From contig NC_092675.1 in assembly GCF_964355755.1 (NCBI RefSeq), forward strand, positions 22,850,912 through 22,914,911: a stretch of 64,000 bases of DNA, written 5' to 3'. The DNA is from Antedon mediterranea. Taxonomy: Eukaryota > Animalia > Echinodermata. The notes beneath the pieces were generated by a model. The model worked only from the letters and a program-made list of their open reading frames with translations, made no database searches and was not told the origin of the DNA. The translations under genes and the position numbers were made by a program. This document shows, one piece after another, positions 62,701 through 64,000 of the stretch (positions are counted from its first letter, which is position 1; each line of letters starts with the position of its first letter).

Positions 62701-63364
62701 TATAGGAATAACACCAAAGAACTTATAACACAAGAATCTCCTGTTCTTCAATTTGCATTCAAAACACAGTATCGGAAGTACAGGGTTAAAAGGTCAAACT
62801 GGGCGACGCCATTTCACAGCATGGAGCAGCGCCCCCTCCAAACTATGAAGTCAATTACTCTACCCCTCTAGAGAGTATTAGCAGATCCCCTCTATGATTT
62901 TGACTTTCTAATTTGATGCGGGCGCCCTACTCCTCAGTCAATTACTCTATCCCCCTCCCCCCCTAGAGCATTAGTAGATCCCCTCTATGATTTTGACTTT
63001 CTAATTTGATGCGGGCGCCCTACTCCATGGCTCACAATGGCGCCACCCATAGCTCTATTCTATCCCACAATGCCTTTCGAAATTGTTACGCGCTTCGGAC
63101 GAACAGGAGATTCTTGTGTTATAAGTTCTTTGATAACACGGGATACGATGAAAGTAACTCACTGAAAGTATAGTCATTCTTCATAATGTTTGATACTCAT
63201 TTGTTTCTATAGTTATGAAGACGACCGAAAATACTGACATAGATGAGACTGGGGATTATTTTGAAATCAAGTGGGAAGAAGAAGAGGAAGCTGTGGAAAC
63301 TCCACAAGGCTTTACGAATATTCAACCGTCAAATGAAAACATATATTCAACATCTGAATTTTAA
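47780..63364 (+). CDS. Large type I membrane protein (~2548 aa): signal peptide, EMI, 8 EGF/cbEGF, 2 sushi, EGF, unassigned beta-rich and coiled-coil/Cys-hairpin region, 2 Ig, SEA-like segment, ephrin-receptor-like Cys repeats, TM, short tail
   Basis: Exons 47780-47847, 49110-49235, 49473-49579, 50134-50229, 50703-50825, 51188-51280, 51428-51544, 51793-51888, 52288-52401, 52854-52964, 53225-53347, 53698-53871, 54516-54692, 54986-56298, 56406-56556, 56702-60727, 60910-61062, 61299-61454, 61830-61897, 62154-62256, 63213-63364. All phase-consistent, 7647 nt. Signal [17 protein letters not shown]; EMI NVCS...C..YS...CCSGW; D(I/V)(D/N)EC cbEGFs; [22 protein letters not shown] followed by RRK. Confidence 0.85.
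49878..50530. repeat. Dispersed direct repeat flanking an EGF exon (transposon remnants)
   Basis: GGAGATCTTTGATTA.TAAAAAT.GACGTAGTCGAGACACTGTAAACTT at 49878 and 50461. Confidence 0.75.
50421..50457 (-). ncRNA. Minimal type I hammerhead-ribozyme motif (Penelope-like remnant)
   Basis: Minus strand reads GCA-CTGATGA-A-GGGC-TAGTGTT-GCCT-GAA-AGCT-C-TGC: stem I GCA/TGC, stem II, palindromic AGCT, UC cleavage site. Confidence 0.55.
53905..54031. mobile_element. MITE family 1, degenerate copy
   Basis: ACTATCAAACTAGTTTGACAAAAAGGTGTGA...ATAGTGTAGACAGATCT followed by TTA. Confidence 0.7.
56702..60727 (+). CDS. 4026-nt giant exon of the large membrane protein (coiled-coil/Cys hairpin, furin site, two Ig domains)
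   Basis: Uninterrupted 1338-aa ORF bounded by AG at 56700-56701 and GT at 60728. Ig I-set motifs [10 protein letters not shown]...W...DSGTYTCQA and C.A...P...QWY...[15 protein letters not shown] at ~58966-58986. Confidence 0.93.
62849..63026. repeat. ~87-bp tandem duplication inside a GC-richer, possibly transposon-derived segment (~62800-63050)
   Basis: AGTCAATTACTCTA...AGATCCCCTCTATGATTTTGACTTTCTAATTTGATGCGGGCGCCCTACTCC occurs twice, flanked by inverted GGGCGACGCCAT / ATGGCGCCACCC. Confidence 0.8.
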
Positions 63365-63713
63365 AAGAAACTATATTGTTTACATAATTATACTCATTGA
63401 TATGAGTTTTTATGTATTTGGGTTTATTTTAAGTGTCCACCAATTATTAGTGTTCATCATAACATTCCTTTTTAATGATATTCTTTGCCGTTTACTAGTT
63501 TTCACGTAGCTTTTCAAAGATAAAAGAACAAAAGCACGTTATATCTATATATTTATAATAATGTACTTAGCTTTCTTATAATTAGAAGCATGAATTACCG
63601 GTACTTAACAATTTCATTTATATATTTAGGAATAGTCTACCCTACTTCATATACTTTGTTTAATTGAGATTTTAAAAACTTAAGTTATACTAAATATTCG
63701 GCCCTCTGTTTTA

Positions 63714-63845
63714 AGCTCTGTCTACACTCTAACATTAGTTAGTGTGATGTGCCCAAATTACAAATATGGTAGTGATATGACATCTTCATGTCTATATAAT
63801 GGCACATTTTGTTGTCACATACAGTGTGATAGTGTAGACAGAGCT
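63714..63845. mobile_element. MITE family 1 copy
   Basis: TTA|AGCTCTGTCTACACT...AGTGTAGACAGAGCT|TTA. Confidence 0.85.
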
Positions 63846-64000
63846 TTACACCTGAAAGTCGTATGGAACTAGCCTATATCTAGAGACAATAAACAACCGC
63901 ATGGTGAATCGATTTTGTTATAAAAGTATATCCTGCGATTTCCAAATGCTACAGTAAAGCGCTTTATTTGACATCCCAAAATATAAAAGTAGAAAGTGTT

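Noticed and set aside
62563-62871. 102-aa ORF as an extra cytoplasmic exon of the large membrane protein
   Set aside because: The acceptor at 62705 is phase-incompatible with the 62256 donor, and the ORF runs into a repeat.

Overview
AT-rich, intron-rich eukaryotic DNA, probably from an invertebrate deuterostome (echinoderm-like; inferred from gene content and repeat types). I assembled the gene models by hand from GT-AG boundaries and reading-frame phase. (1) The first two exons of a kisspeptin-receptor (KISS1R/GPR54)-type GPCR on the minus strand, lying head-to-head with the next gene. (2) STRA6-like gene A, 20 coding exons, ~712 aa, with an unusual acidic, calmodulin/EF-hand-like N-terminal exon. 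(3) Its tandem paralog STRA6-like gene B, 19 exons, ~658 aa. (4) A ~2550-aa type I membrane protein, 21 exons: signal peptide, EMI, 9 EGF/cbEGF, 2 sushi, a large unassigned region containing a coiled-coil / mirrored-cysteine hairpin tipped by a basic amphipathic segment, a furin site, 2 Ig, ephrin-receptor-like Cys repeats, TM, and a Tyr/PDZ-motif tail. Introns carry two families of non-autonomous Helitrons (one nested inside the other), a decayed L2/CR1-group LINE, a HINE-like element, tRNA-derived SINEs, three MITE families, Penelope-type minimal hammerhead motifs and a minisatellite. The octamer TAGGCCTA is strongly over-represented. All family assignments come from motif recognition, not database searches.
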